From Burkholderiales bacterium (GTDB taxonomy: Bacteria; Pseudomonadota; Gammaproteobacteria; Burkholderiales; SG8-41): a DNA stretch of 55,474 bases. A program made the translations under genes and the position numbers. Below the pieces are notes generated by a model that was given only the letters and a program-made list of their open reading frames with translations, was not told the origin of the DNA and did no database searches. The stretch's first letter is position 1; every line of letters starts with the position of its first letter. The stretch is from contig JBOIEM010000018.1 in the NCBI GenBank assembly GCA_050741115.1, positions 1 through 55,474 on the forward strand. The letters run 5' to 3'. Of this stretch, positions 46,250-55,474 are shown one piece after another.

Positions 46250-48183
46250 GCCGTCTTGCCGATCGCCCGGCGGGCGGCACCTGTTGCCGCCTGCGTCGCC
46301 GCCCTGGACGAACTCGTTCTGCGCTTGAGATGGACCAGCAGGACCGAAATCGCCGCCGGCGTGACGCCCGAGATGCGCGACGCCTGGCCAAGCGTTTCGG
46401 GGCGGTGAGCCGCAAGCTTCTGCCGCACCTCCACCGACAATCCGCGCAGGCTGCCGTAATCGAGTTCCTGGGGCAGCTTCAAATTCTCATAATATTCGGC
46501 GCGAGCGACTTCCTCGCGCTGGCGCTCGATGTAGCCTTGGTACTTGGCCTGGATCTCCACCTGTTCGGCCACCTGCTCATCGTCCACCCCTGGTCCGGCG
46601 CCCGGCAGCGCCGTCAATTGCGTGTAACGCATATCCGGACGGCGCAGCAATTCCAGCAGCGAGTATTCCCGCGCGGACGGCTGATCCGGGGCGCCGACGA
46701 CGAAATCAGCCGGCAGCAGCCGGGGATTGACCCGAGTGTCCTTGAGGCGCGCCTGCTCGCGCTCGATCGCCTCGCGCTTGCGCGAGAACGCCTCCCAGCG
46801 CGCGTCATCCACCACGCCCAGCCGGCGCCCGCTCTCGGTGAGCCGCAGGTCGGCGTTGTCCTCGCGCAGGGACAGCCGGTACTCCGCGCGGCTGGTAAAC
46901 ATGCGATAGGGCTCGGATACCCCGCGCGTGACAAGATCATCCACCAGCACACCCAGGTAGGCTTCATTGCGCCGCGGCCACCAGGGCCCGCGTTCCTGCA
47001 CCAGCAGTGCCGCGTTGATGCCGGCGAGCAATCCCTGCGCGGCGGCCTCTTCGTACCCGGTCGTGCCGTTGATCTGCCCGGCAAAGAACAGGCCCGCGAT
47101 CGCCCGCGTCTCGAGCGAGCACTTCAGGCCCCGCGGATCGAAGTAGTCGTACTCGATGGCATAGCCGGGGCGCGTGATGTGAGCGCGCTCGAGTCCGCGG
47201 ATCGATCGCACGAGCTCCTGTTGCGCGTCGTAGGGCAGGCTCGTCGAGATGCCGTTGGGATAGAACTCGTTGAGCGTGAGGCCTTCGGGCTCGAGGAAGA
47301 TCTGGTGCGAAGCCTTGTGCGCGAAGCGCATCACCTTGTCCTCGATCGAGGGGCAATAACGCGGCCCGATGCCCTCGATCACGCCGGTATAGAGCGGCGA
47401 GCGGTCGAGCGCGCCGCGGATGATTTCGTGAGTGCGCGCATTGGTATGCGTGATCCAGCACGGCAGCTGCCGGGGGTGCTGCTCGCGCCTGCCTAGGAAG
47501 GAGAACACCGGAACCGGCACATCGCCGGGCTGTTCCGCCATGACCGAAAATTCGATGCTGCGGCCGTCGATGCGCGGGGGTGTGCCCGTTTTCAGCCGCC
47601 CGACCGGAAGCTTCAGCTCCCGCAGCTTCTGCGCGAGCGCCACCGCGGGCGGATCGCCCGCGCGTCCGCCCTGGTGGTGCTTGAGCCCGACGTGAATCCG
47701 TCCCGCGAGAAATGTTCCGGTGGTGAGCACGACCGCGCGCGCGGAAAACCTGAGCCCGATCTGCGTCACGACGCCGACAATGCGCCCATCTTCGATCAGC
47801 AGGTCGTCCACCGCCTGCTGAAACATGCGTAGCCCGGGCTGACATTCGAGGCGACCCCGGATCGCGCCTTTGTAGAGCACGCGGTCTGCCTGGGCGCGGG
47901 TCGCGCGCACCGCCGGGCCCTTGCGTGCGTTGAGAATGCGGAACTGGATTCCCGCCTCGTCAGCAGCGCCCGCCATCGCACCACCGAGTGCATCTATCTC
48001 CTTGACTAGATGGCCTTTTCCTATACCGCCTATGGAGGGATTGCACGACATCTGTCCCAGGGTATCGAAGCTGTGGGTCAACAGCAGGGTGCTGCAGCCC
48101 ATGCGCGCGGCGGCGAGCGCCGCTTCGGTGCCAGCATGACCTCCACCAATCACTATAATATCATATTTATCAATTAGTTGCAT
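46246..48183 (-). CDS. mnmG: tRNA uridine 5-carboxymethylaminomethyl modification enzyme MnmG (GidA)
   Basis: [26 protein letters not shown] motif; 645 aa and colinear with GidA. Confidence 0.96.
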   Translation of the reverse strand: MQLIDKYDIIVIGGGHAGTEAALAAARMGCSTLLLTHSFDTLGQMSCNPSIGGIGKGHLVKEIDALGGAMAGAADEAGIQFRILNARKGPAVRATRAQADRVLYKGAIRGRLECQPGLRMFQQAVDDLLIEDGRIVGVVTQIGLRFSARAVVLTTGTFLAGRIHVGLKHHQGGRAGDPPAVALAQKLRELKLPVGRLKTGTPPRIDGRSIEFSVMAEQPGDVPVPVFSFLGRREQHPRQLPCWITHTNARTHEIIRGALDRSPLYTGVIEGIGPRYCPSIEDKVMRFAHKASHQIFLEPEGLTLNEFYPNGISTSLPYDAQQELVRSIRGLERAHITRPGYAIEYDYFDPRGLKCSLETRAIAGLFFAGQINGTTGYEEAAAQGLLAGINAALLVQERGPWWPRRNEAYLGVLVDDLVTRGVSEPYRMFTSRAEYRLSLREDNADLRLTESGRRLGVVDDARWEAFSRKREAIEREQARLKDTRVNPRLLPADFVVGAPDQPSAREYSLLELLRRPDMRYTQLTALPGAGPGVDDEQVAEQVEIQAKYQGYIERQREEVARAEYYENLKLPQELDYGSLRGLSVEVRQKLAAHRPETLGQASRISGVTPAAISVLLVHLKRRTSSSRAATQAATGAARRAIGKTA

Positions 48184-48250
48184 GATACAATCGAATCCCT
48201 GCGAAGGTCAAATGATACCCGAAAAGCAAAAATTGCAGAACAGGTTTCCA

Positions 48251-48266
48251 AGTTTCACGTGGAACC
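48251..48266. other. parS: parS centromere-like site (14/16 to consensus)
   Basis: AGTTTCACGTGGAACC. Its reverse complement GGTTCCACGTGAAACT matches the palindromic consensus TGTTCCACGTGAAACA except at the two outermost bases. Confidence 0.8.
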
Positions 48267-48304
48267 AATCTTTGTTGCGATGCAGCATCGCCGCTTGAGC
48301 CAGA

Positions 48305-48320
48305 TGTTTCACGTGGAACA
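48305..48320. other. parS: parS centromere-like site (16/16 to consensus)
   Basis: TGTTTCACGTGGAACA. Its reverse complement TGTTCCACGTGAAACA is the canonical ParB-binding parS sequence. It lies 15 nt downstream of the mnmE stop. Confidence 0.88.
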
Positions 48321-48334
48321 ACAATTGCGTGCCG

Positions 48335-49678
48335 CTACTTGCCAATACAAAACCGCTTGAATATCTCGCCCAGCAGATCGTCGGACGTAAACTCGCCTGT
48401 AATCGTCCCCAGCGCCTGCTGAGCGAGGCGAAGTTCTTCCGCGAACAGCTCGAGGCTTTCCAACTGGTGCGCCGCCTGCTCCAGATGGGTTTGAGCGAGC
48501 TGCAGGGCGTGAACATGTCGCTCGCGCGCCATGAACAGTCCTTCCGCACCTCCGCCATGCCAGCCGACGGACTCCAGCAATGCCTCGGCCAACAGCTCCA
48601 CCCCGGCTCCCGTCGTCGCTGATAACCATACGGTGGCGCCGTCGCTACCGCGCTCGAGGTTTGGCACACGCCCCAGCAGATCGATTTTGTTCATGACGGT
48701 GAGCCGGGGCAACCCCGCCGGGAGCCTTTGCAGAATTTCCCGGTCCGCCACGCCTTCGCCTTGCGTGGCATCCAGCATGAGAACCACGAGGTCAGCCTGC
48801 TCGATCGCTGCCCAGGTGCGCGCGATCCCGAGCTTCTCCACGGGGTCGCTGGACGGTCGCAAGCCTGCGGTATCGATGACGTGTACCGGAATCCCCCTGA
48901 TGCCGACGGTCTGGCGTATCGCGTCACGCGTCGTGCCCGGGATGTCCGTCACGATAGCCAGCTCCTCGCCAGCAAGGAAATTGAGAAGGCTCGACTTGCC
49001 GACGTTGGGCTGCCCAGCCAGGACAACGCGCAGGCCCTCCCGCAGCAGGCTGCCCTGCTGTGACGCAGCCAAGACATCACGCAACTTGGCCTGGAGCCGC
49101 ACCAGCCGACCGGCTCCGTCGGATTGCCTGACCCACTCCACGTCCTCCTCCGGGAAATCGAGCGCGGCCTCGACCAGTGCGCGCAGCTCGACCAGATCCT
49201 CGAGCAGCTCCTCGATACGCCGGGAAAACGCCCCCTGCAGTGAGCGCACTGCGCTCCGCGCCGCTTCCGTCGTCGCGGCGTCGATCAAGTCCGCGACGCT
49301 TTCCGCCTGTGCCAGATCGATCTTGTCGTTGAGGTAGGCGCGCCGAGTGAATTCGCCCGGCTCCGCGGGGCGCGAACCGAGCTCCACGCAGCGCCGCAGC
49401 AGCAGTTGCATGACCACGGGCCCGCCGTGCCCGTGTAGCTCCAGCACGTCCTCCCCCGTGTAGGAATGCGGCGCCGGGAAGTACAGGACTATGCCCTCGT
49501 CGATCGCCCGGCCCTGCGCGTCGAGGAAATCAGCAAGTGTCGCTCGCCGCGGCGCGGGCGGTTCGCGCAGGATGCCCGCCATGAGCGCCTCAAGCCGCGG
49601 ACCGGAAACCCGCACGACACCGATGCCACCTCGCCCGGGGGCGGTCGAAATGGCGGCGATGATGTCGCTTTCGGTCAT
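48335..49678 (-). CDS. mnmE: tRNA modification GTPase MnmE (TrmE)
   Basis: [21 protein letters not shown]-terminus, [13 protein letters not shown]1 motif, DTAG, and the C-terminal FCIGK. Confidence 0.96.
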   Translation of the reverse strand: MTESDIIAAISTAPGRGGIGVVRVSGPRLEALMAGILREPPAPRRATLADFLDAQGRAIDEGIVLYFPAPHSYTGEDVLELHGHGGPVVMQLLLRRCVELGSRPAEPGEFTRRAYLNDKIDLAQAESVADLIDAATTEAARSAVRSLQGAFSRRIEELLEDLVELRALVEAALDFPEEDVEWVRQSDGAGRLVRLQAKLRDVLAASQQGSLLREGLRVVLAGQPNVGKSSLLNFLAGEELAIVTDIPGTTRDAIRQTVGIRGIPVHVIDTAGLRPSSDPVEKLGIARTWAAIEQADLVVLMLDATQGEGVADREILQRLPAGLPRLTVMNKIDLLGRVPNLERGSDGATVWLSATTGAGVELLAEALLESVGWHGGGAEGLFMARERHVHALQLAQTHLEQAAHQLESLELFAEELRLAQQALGTITGEFTSDDLLGEIFKRFCIGK

Positions 49679-49729
49679 CGACCTGGGAAAACACGAATGG
49701 GGGCGGCGCCTGCACCGCCCGCGCGGACG

Positions 49730-51385
49730 TCAACTCTTGCGCGGCGCTGCCTCGTGCTCGAGCACCCGCGTGATTTGCCACTGCTGCGCGATCGAGAGCA
49801 CGTTATTGATCAGCCAGTACAGCACCAGGCCCGCGGGGAAGAAGAAAAAGAAGACGCTGAACACGATCGGCATGATCTTCATGACCCGTGCCTGCACCGG
49901 ATCGGGCGGCTCTGGATTGAGCAGAGTCTGCACCCACATCGTCACCGCCATGAGGACCGGCAGGATGAACCATGGATCGGGCGCCGCCAGATCATCGATC
50001 CACAGCATGAAGGGGGCGTGCCGGAGCTCTACGCTCGCCAGAAGAACCCAATAAAGTGCAATAAAAACAGGTATTTGAACAACTATCGGCATGCACCCGC
50101 CGAGCGGATTGATCTTTTCCGTCTTGTAGAGCTCCATCATGGCCTGCTGCAGGCGCTGGCGGTCCTGACCATATTGATCCTTGAGCTTCTGCAGTTTCGG
50201 AGCCAGCACGCGCATCTTGGCCATCGAGCGGTAGCTCGCGGCCGACAACGGGTAGAACAGCACCTTGATGATCACCGTCATGAGGATGATGGCGACTCCC
50301 CAGTTGCCCACCCATTGATTGAGCCAGGCGAGCACCCAGAACAGCGGAACCGCGATCACCGTGAGCCAGCCGTAATCGATTGTGAGATCGAGACCGGGCG
50401 CGATTCTCGCGAGCTTCTCCTGTTCCTCCGGCCCGGCGTACAGCGGCACCGTGATGGTGGCGCTCGCGCCCGGTGCGATCGCGCCGACGGGGACGATCAC
50501 GCCCGCCGCGTAGAGCCCCTCTTCCAGGCGCCGCGCATAAAACTCCCGCGAAATGCCGTTGCGCGGAAGCCAGGCGCTGAAAAAATAGTGCTGCAGCATC
50601 GCGATCCAGCCATCCTCGCTGTTCTTCGGGTACTGCGCCTTGCCTTTCTCGATGTCGGCAAACGCGAGCTTCAGGAATTTGTCCTTGTCCGTGTAGAGCG
50701 CGACTCCCGTAAACGTCGGCAGCATCGCGGAGTCGCCGGCCGGCGCCTTGTCGTCGCGCACTAGCTGGAAATACGCGTACGGCTGTAGGGCCGCGGCACC
50801 CGCGTTGACGATCTCGAAGCTGACATCGATCAGGTAGCTTCCCTGCCGGAAGCGATAGACCTTGCTCACCTGCGCTCCCGCCGCCGCCGGGGCGGTGAGC
50901 CGCACTTCGAGCTCCCCCCGGCCATCGCCGAGCTGGAAGCTGTCGCCCTGCGCGGTGTAGAGCGTGCGATGATTGGGCAAGCCGCTGCCGATCAGCCCGG
51001 CCTGGGCGATGTAGGTGCGCTCCGCGCCGGCCTCGAACAACACGAAGTTCTTGCTGCGATCGAGCGTGTCGCGGTGTTTCTTGAATTGCAGCCGCCGCAG
51101 GTCTCCTCCATGGCTGCTCAACTCCGCAGCGAGCACGTCGGTCTCGACCCGTATCGTCACACCGGTCTCGGGAACGCCCTGCTCCTGCTTCGGGACAGCG
51201 CCCTGGCTTGCCGTAAGCTTCTCGCCCGGCACCGGGGTCTGCGCCGAAGGGGGCAGCGCTTTCTCGTCCTTGCCGGCCACTGCCGCTGGCGGACGCGGCG
51301 GCGGCTGATCACGCTGCCACGCGTCGAGCAGCATGAACACCGAGAAGGAGAAGACGAAGAAGAGAATCAGGCGTTGCGAATCCAT
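49730..51385 (-). CDS. yidC: membrane protein insertase YidC
   Basis: 551 aa. N-terminal TM segment, a large periplasmic domain, and a conserved C-terminal core (NWGVAIILMTVIIK, GCMPIVVQIPVFIALY). Confidence 0.95.
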   Translation of the reverse strand: MDSQRLILFFVFSFSVFMLLDAWQRDQPPPRPPAAVAGKDEKALPPSAQTPVPGEKLTASQGAVPKQEQGVPETGVTIRVETDVLAAELSSHGGDLRRLQFKKHRDTLDRSKNFVLFEAGAERTYIAQAGLIGSGLPNHRTLYTAQGDSFQLGDGRGELEVRLTAPAAAGAQVSKVYRFRQGSYLIDVSFEIVNAGAAALQPYAYFQLVRDDKAPAGDSAMLPTFTGVALYTDKDKFLKLAFADIEKGKAQYPKNSEDGWIAMLQHYFFSAWLPRNGISREFYARRLEEGLYAAGVIVPVGAIAPGASATITVPLYAGPEEQEKLARIAPGLDLTIDYGWLTVIAVPLFWVLAWLNQWVGNWGVAIILMTVIIKVLFYPLSAASYRSMAKMRVLAPKLQKLKDQYGQDRQRLQQAMMELYKTEKINPLGGCMPIVVQIPVFIALYWVLLASVELRHAPFMLWIDDLAAPDPWFILPVLMAVTMWVQTLLNPEPPDPVQARVMKIMPIVFSVFFFFFPAGLVLYWLINNVLSIAQQWQITRVLEHEAAPRKS

Positions 51386-51415
51386 GACCGTGCTTCCGCC
51401 GTGACGACCACGAGC

Positions 51416-51781
51416 TTATTGGCCGCGCGGCGCCGCGGCAAGCTCCAGCAGCATCCGAGTGAGCTCCGCGCGCACCGCCGCGCTGGAACCCCGCGGTGCG
51501 CGGCGCCGCAGCTCGACCACGATATCAACGCCGGCCGGCCGCTCGACCAGGGTGCGAAACACCTCTCTCACCAGGCGCTTCATCCGATTGCGATCGACCG
51601 CGCGCGGCATCACTCGCCGGCTGGCAATGATGCCGATGCGCGCCCGGGAGAGGCCGTTCGGTCTGACGTACAACCTGAAATTGCGCCGCGCCCTTGCCGC
51701 GCCGGCCGCCAGCGTTGCGGCGAACTCCTCGCGGCGATGCAGCCGTGCGCCGGACGGCAGCGCGTGGCTCGTCTCGCTCAG
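51416..51781 (-). CDS. rnpA: ribonuclease P protein component
   Basis: [13 protein letters not shown]...[26 protein letters not shown] (RNR motif). There is no ATG, GTG or TTG upstream of the conserved N-terminus in this frame. The tentative start is a CTG at 51781 overlapping the rpmH stop, with an ATT at 51790 as the alternative. The stop is secure. Confidence 0.8.
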   Translation of the reverse strand: MSETSHALPSGARLHRREEFAATLAAGAARARRNFRLYVRPNGLSRARIGIIASRRVMPRAVDRNRMKRLVREVFRTLVERPAGVDIVVELRRRAPRGSSAAVRAELTRMLLELAAAPRGQ

Positions 51782-51912
51782 GGGCTCAATCGCACCCGCC
51801 CCTTGGCGCGGCGCGCCCGCAGCACACTGCGCCCGCCTCGGGTGCGCATGCGAGCGCGGAATCCGTGCGTGCGCTTGCGGCGCTTCACCGATGGCTGATA
51901 GGTCCGTTTCAT
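51778..51912 (-). CDS. rpmH: 50S ribosomal protein L34
   Basis: Not in the ORF track (under 60 aa). My translation of the minus strand gives [44 protein letters not shown], a textbook L34. Confidence 0.95.
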   Translation of the reverse strand: MKRTYQPSVKRRKRTHGFRARMRTRGGRSVLRARRAKGRVRLSP

Positions 51913-52018
51913 GGGGGTCCGGCCGGCCGCTGAAAAGCGCGCTATTACAACCTCTAACTCTCCGCCGTGTCAACCGCCCCGCTGGCGCCCGCAAATCGCT
52001 GCGCGGGCGCACTCGCGC

Positions 52019-52027
52019 TGTGGATAA
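52019..52027 (-). promoter_or_regulatory. consensus DnaA box upstream of dnaA
   Basis: TGTGGATAA on the plus strand is the reverse complement of TTATCCACA. It lies 80 nt upstream of the dnaA ATG. Confidence 0.7.
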
Positions 52028-52106
52028 CGCTGCGTAAACAGGATAAAATCGAGCGCTGAAAAGCTTCTCCCCAGCGCGCCCGGTTTCGAACAATAACGCC
52101 ATCCCG

Positions 52107-53438
52107 ATGAACAGTTTCTGGCGCTTCTGCCTGGGCCGTTTCGAGAAAGAACTGCCGCCCCAGCAGTACCGCACCTGGATCAAGCCGCTGCGTCCTCAGA
52201 CCGACGCCGACCGGCTGACGCTCGTCGCGCCGAACCGTTTCGTCCTGCAGTGGATACGCGACAAGTTCCTCGCGCGGATCGAGCAGCTGGCGCGGGAGCA
52301 CTTCAAGCGCGACATCGAAGTGCAGGTCGTCCTCGCCGAGAAGGAGCCGCCGGCTCCCCATCCGGCGCCGGTCGCCCCACGCGCTCCGGAGCGCGAGGCC
52401 AAGCCAAGCAGCCGCGAGATCTCCCGGTTGAATCCCGCCTTCACCTTCGAGACCTTCGTCACCGGCAAGGCGAACGAGCTCGCGCGGGCAGCGGCCACGC
52501 AGGTCGCCGAGCGGCCGGGCTCCGCCTACAATCCGCTCTTTATTTATGGCGGCGTGGGCCTCGGCAAGACCCACCTCATACAGGCGATCGGCAACCGCCT
52601 GCGCGAGCAGGCCCCCGAATCCAAGATCCGCTACATCCACGCCGAGCAGTACGTTTCCGACGTCGTGCGTGCCTACCAGCACAAGGCGTTCGACGACTTC
52701 AAGCGCTACTACCACTCCCTCGATCTGCTACTGGTCGACGACATCCAGTTCTTCAGCGGCAAGAGCCGCACCCAGGAGGAATTCTTCTACGCGTTCAACG
52801 CGCTGATCGAGGCGCACAAGCAGGTCGTCATCACCTGCGACACCTATCCGAAGGAGATCGCCGGAATCGAGAACCGCCTGATCTCGCGCTTCGGCTGGGG
52901 CCTCACGGTGGCGGTCGAGCCGCCGGAGCTTGAGATGCGCGTGGCCATTCTCCTCAAGAAAGCGGAAGCCGAAGGCATCAAGCTCGACGAGGCGGTTGCG
53001 TTTTTCCTGGCCAAGCACATCCAGTCGAACGTGCGCGAGCTCGAGGGAGGCTTGAAGCGCGTGATTGCCTACGCGCGGTTCTCGGGGCGGGATTTCTCGG
53101 TCGAGCTTTGCCGCGAGGCTCTGCGCGACCTGCTGGCGATACAGCACCGGCAGGTTTCCATCGAGAACATCCAGAAGACCGTCGCCGACTACTACAAGAT
53201 CAAGGTCTCGGAGATGTACTCGAAGAAGCGCAGCCGGAACATCGCCCGCCCGCGGCAGGTCGCGATGGCGCTCGCCAAGGAGCTGACGCAGTTGAGCCTG
53301 CCGGACATCGGCGACGCGTTCGGCGGTCGCGATCACACCACGGTGCTGCACGCCTGCCGCAAGATTGCGCTGCTCAAGTCCACGAGCAGCGACCTGACCC
53401 GTGACTTCAATTCGCTGCTCAACGTCCTGAGGAGTTGA
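52107..53438 (+). CDS. dnaA: chromosomal replication initiator DnaA
   Basis: [16 protein letters not shown] Walker A, LLVDDIQF, and the domain IV DNA-binding helix ([15 protein letters not shown]). Confidence 0.97.
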   Translation: MNSFWRFCLGRFEKELPPQQYRTWIKPLRPQTDADRLTLVAPNRFVLQWIRDKFLARIEQLAREHFKRDIEVQVVLAEKEPPAPHPAPVAPRAPEREAKPSSREISRLNPAFTFETFVTGKANELARAAATQVAERPGSAYNPLFIYGGVGLGKTHLIQAIGNRLREQAPESKIRYIHAEQYVSDVVRAYQHKAFDDFKRYYHSLDLLLVDDIQFFSGKSRTQEEFFYAFNALIEAHKQVVITCDTYPKEIAGIENRLISRFGWGLTVAVEPPELEMRVAILLKKAEAEGIKLDEAVAFFLAKHIQSNVRELEGGLKRVIAYARFSGRDFSVELCREALRDLLAIQHRQVSIENIQKTVADYYKIKVSEMYSKKRSRNIARPRQVAMALAKELTQLSLPDIGDAFGGRDHTTVLHACRKIALLKSTSSDLTRDFNSLLNVLRS

Positions 53439-53602
53439 CTACCGCCGTGTGGTTTGTGGATATCCAGATGCGCTGCCGTGCGATGCGTCGGCTGTTCACA
53501 ATCCTTCCCGGTTCGCTACCAGCTTACGCACAGGGTTATTCCATCCGCCCGATCCAGGTCGCGCGGGTCATTTGCGACTTTTGCACAGCAACCACCGAGC
53601 CC

Positions 53603-53629
53603 TACTAATCTTACTATACCTACTATAGA
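53603..53629. repeat. three in-phase AT-rich 9-mers (TACTAATCT / TACTATACC / TACTATAGA)
   Basis: Read directly. This is the most AT-rich patch of the dnaA-dnaN spacer and ends 18 nt before the dnaN ATG. Confidence 0.8.
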
Positions 53630-53647
53630 TAATTTAGAGCAAAGCCT

Positions 53648-54757
53648 ATGAAGCTCGTTCAACTCGAACGCGATGCATTGCTCAAGCCATTGCAGGCGGT
53701 AACCGGCATCGTCGAAAAGCGTCATACGCTCCCGATCCTCTCGAACGTCCTCGTCGAGCGCAAGTCGGGCACCCTGCTGATGATGGCGACTGACCTCGAG
53801 ATCCAGGTGGCGGCGCGTACTGAACTCGGGAAGGGCCAGGGTGAGGACGCGGGCCTCACGGTATCGGCACGCAAGCTCCAGGAAATCCTGCGGGCCCTGC
53901 CGGAGGGGACCGAGGCCACGCTCGACGTGCAGAACAACCGGCTGCAGGTGCGTTCGGGCAAGAGCCGCTTCAACCTTCAGACGCTGCCGGTGGCGGATTT
54001 CCCGTCGATGGCCGATCCCGGGGCGGCGCAGGCGACGGTTACCATGCCGCAGAAGGCGCTGCGGGAGCTGCTGCTGCTGGTGCAGTACGCGATGGCGCAG
54101 CAGGACATACGCTATTACCTGAACGGGCTGCTGCTGGTGCTCGAGGGCGGACAGGTCAAGGTCATCGCCACCGACGGCCACCGGTTGAGCTACGCCGCGC
54201 GGCCGCTGGGGCAACAGCAGGAGAAGCGCGAAGTGATACTGCCGCGCAAGGCGGTGCTTGAGCTCGCGCGCCTGCTCGCCGACAGCGATGACGCGGTCAC
54301 GATCGAGATCTTCGCAAACATGGTGCGGTTCGGATTCGGCAGCACGGTGCTCACCACCAAGATCATCGACGGCAAGTTTCCGGACTACACGCGGGTCGTG
54401 CCCACGAACTACCAGAAGCGCTTCTCCGTCAAGCGGCAGGAGCTGCTGCAATCGCTGCAGCGGGCGGGAATCCTCTCCAACGAGAAATTCCGCGGCGTGC
54501 GCTGGACGGTATCGGCCGGGAGCCTGCGCATCTCCTGCACCAACAACGAGCAGGAGGAGGCGCAGGAGGAGCTGGAGATTTCGTACGCGGGCGAGGCGCT
54601 CGATATCGGGTTCAACATCACCTATGTCCTGGACGTGCTGAACAACGTCCACAGCGAGGCGGTCGAGTGCTCGTTCGGGGACGCCAACAGCAGCATGCTG
54701 GTCACGGTGCCGGACAACCGGGAGTTCCGCTACGTGGTCATGCCGATGCGCATCTAG
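53648..54757 (+). CDS. dnaN: DNA polymerase III beta sliding clamp
   Basis: 369 aa. LLKPLQAVTGIVEKRHTLPILSNVL N-terminus and the ...YVVMPMRI C-terminus. Confidence 0.96.
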   Translation: MKLVQLERDALLKPLQAVTGIVEKRHTLPILSNVLVERKSGTLLMMATDLEIQVAARTELGKGQGEDAGLTVSARKLQEILRALPEGTEATLDVQNNRLQVRSGKSRFNLQTLPVADFPSMADPGAAQATVTMPQKALRELLLLVQYAMAQQDIRYYLNGLLLVLEGGQVKVIATDGHRLSYAARPLGQQQEKREVILPRKAVLELARLLADSDDAVTIEIFANMVRFGFGSTVLTTKIIDGKFPDYTRVVPTNYQKRFSVKRQELLQSLQRAGILSNEKFRGVRWTVSAGSLRISCTNNEQEEAQEELEISYAGEALDIGFNITYVLDVLNNVHSEAVECSFGDANSSMLVTVPDNREFRYVVMPMRI

Positions 54758-54766
54758 AGGCAAGGA

Positions 54767-55474
54767 ATGACGATACCGATACCGGAAGGCGAACCCGAGC
54801 AGCAGCGGGCCGGCGAGGAATACGACGCCAGCAGCATCAAGGTCCTGAAGGGCCTGGAGGCCGTGCGCAAGCGGCCGGGGATGTACATCGGCGACACCAG
54901 CGATGGCACCGGGCTCCACCACATGGCGTTCGAGGTGGTGGACAACGCAGTGGACGAGGCGCTTGCCGGCTTCTGCGACGAGATCACCGTCACGATCCAC
55001 CTGGACAACTCGGTGAGCGTGGTCGACAACGGCCGCGGCATCCCGACGGAGGCCCAGCCGGAGGACGAGGAAGGCCGCTCGAGCGCGGAGGTGGTGATGA
55101 CGGAACTCCACGCCGGCGGCAAGTTCGACAACAATTCCTACAAGATCGCGGGCGGCCTCCACGGGGTGGGCGTGTCGGTGGTGAACGCGCTGTCGGAGTG
55201 GCTGCGGCTCTCGATCCGGCGCGAGGGCAAGCTCCACCAGATGGAGTTCCGCATGGGCGAAACCGTCGCGCCGCTCAAGGTCACGGGGAAGACGGAGCGT
55301 CGCGGGACCGAAGTGCATTTCATGCCGGCGAAGGAGATCTTCGGGCGCGTCGAGTTTCACTACGAAATACTGGCGAAGCGCCTGCGCGAGCTGGCCTTCC
55401 TCAACAGCGGGCTGCGGATCGTTCTCGTCGACCAGCGCAGCGGGAAGGAGGAGACCTTTTCCTTCACCGGCGGC
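54767..55474 (+). CDS. gyrB: DNA gyrase subunit B (5' partial, runs off the window)
   Basis: Open frame from the ATG at 54767 to the window end. [26 protein letters not shown] and [19 protein letters not shown] ATPase motifs. Confidence 0.93.
   Translation, partial: MTIPIPEGEPEQQRAGEEYDASSIKVLKGLEAVRKRPGMYIGDTSDGTGLHHMAFEVVDNAVDEALAGFCDEITVTIHLDNSVSVVDNGRGIPTEAQPEDEEGRSSAEVVMTELHAGGKFDNNSYKIAGGLHGVGVSVVNALSEWLRLSIRREGKLHQMEFRMGETVAPLKVTGKTERRGTEVHFMPAKEIFGRVEFHYEILAKRLRELAFLNSGLRIVLVDQRSGKEETFSFTGG

Noticed and set aside
48178-48360. 60-aa plus-strand ORF across the mnmG-mnmE spacer.
   Set aside because: It spans the two parS sites and overlaps the ends of both flanking genes. It is an AT-rich non-coding spacer read in frame.

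Overview
This is a GC-rich (by eye about two-thirds G+C) proteobacterial chromosome segment that runs into the rpmH/dnaA-dnaN-gyrB origin neighbourhood. Almost every ORF I accept is a recognisable housekeeping gene. From the left these are rsmA, gloA, rubredoxin, thiD-thiE, hemL, a di-haem cytochrome c4, hemB, and mrcA (PBP1A) divergent from pilMNOPQ-aroK-aroB. Next come a dGTPase-like gene, gltBD, hemE, priA, argS, a SPOR protein and two tandem dsbA paralogues; everything from 9.5 to 31.5 kb is on the + strand. A 20-kb minus-strand run follows: glmS, glmU, glpD, atpCDGAHFEB, atpI, parB, parA, rsmG, mnmG, mnmE, yidC, rnpA, rpmH. This run is divergent from dnaA-dnaN-gyrB. The gene order looks betaproteobacterial, but that is inference only. 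I see no multi-gene accessory or defence island, and the many long antisense ORFs in the track are GC-frame artefacts. The most unusual content is non-coding. (1) A 411/548-bp element with no convincing coding capacity is present twice, about 95% identical by hand alignment. Its 22-bp termini are perfectly inverted within each copy but differ between the copies. One copy fills the priA-argS spacer and the other fills the atpI-atpB spacer inside the ATP synthase operon, and both are co-oriented with local transcription. (2) A (GGGATGA)x4.6 heptamer array lies just upstream of the glmS start codon. (3) Two parS sites lie between mnmE and mnmG. (4) There are several DnaA-box or AT-rich origin-like patches: hemE-priA, upstream of dnaA, dnaA-dnaN, and the mnmG 5' end. 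(5) Two orphan minus-strand intrinsic terminators lie in the cytochrome c4/hemB divergent spacer. All functional readings of these non-coding features are hypotheses that need whole-genome and transcriptome data.
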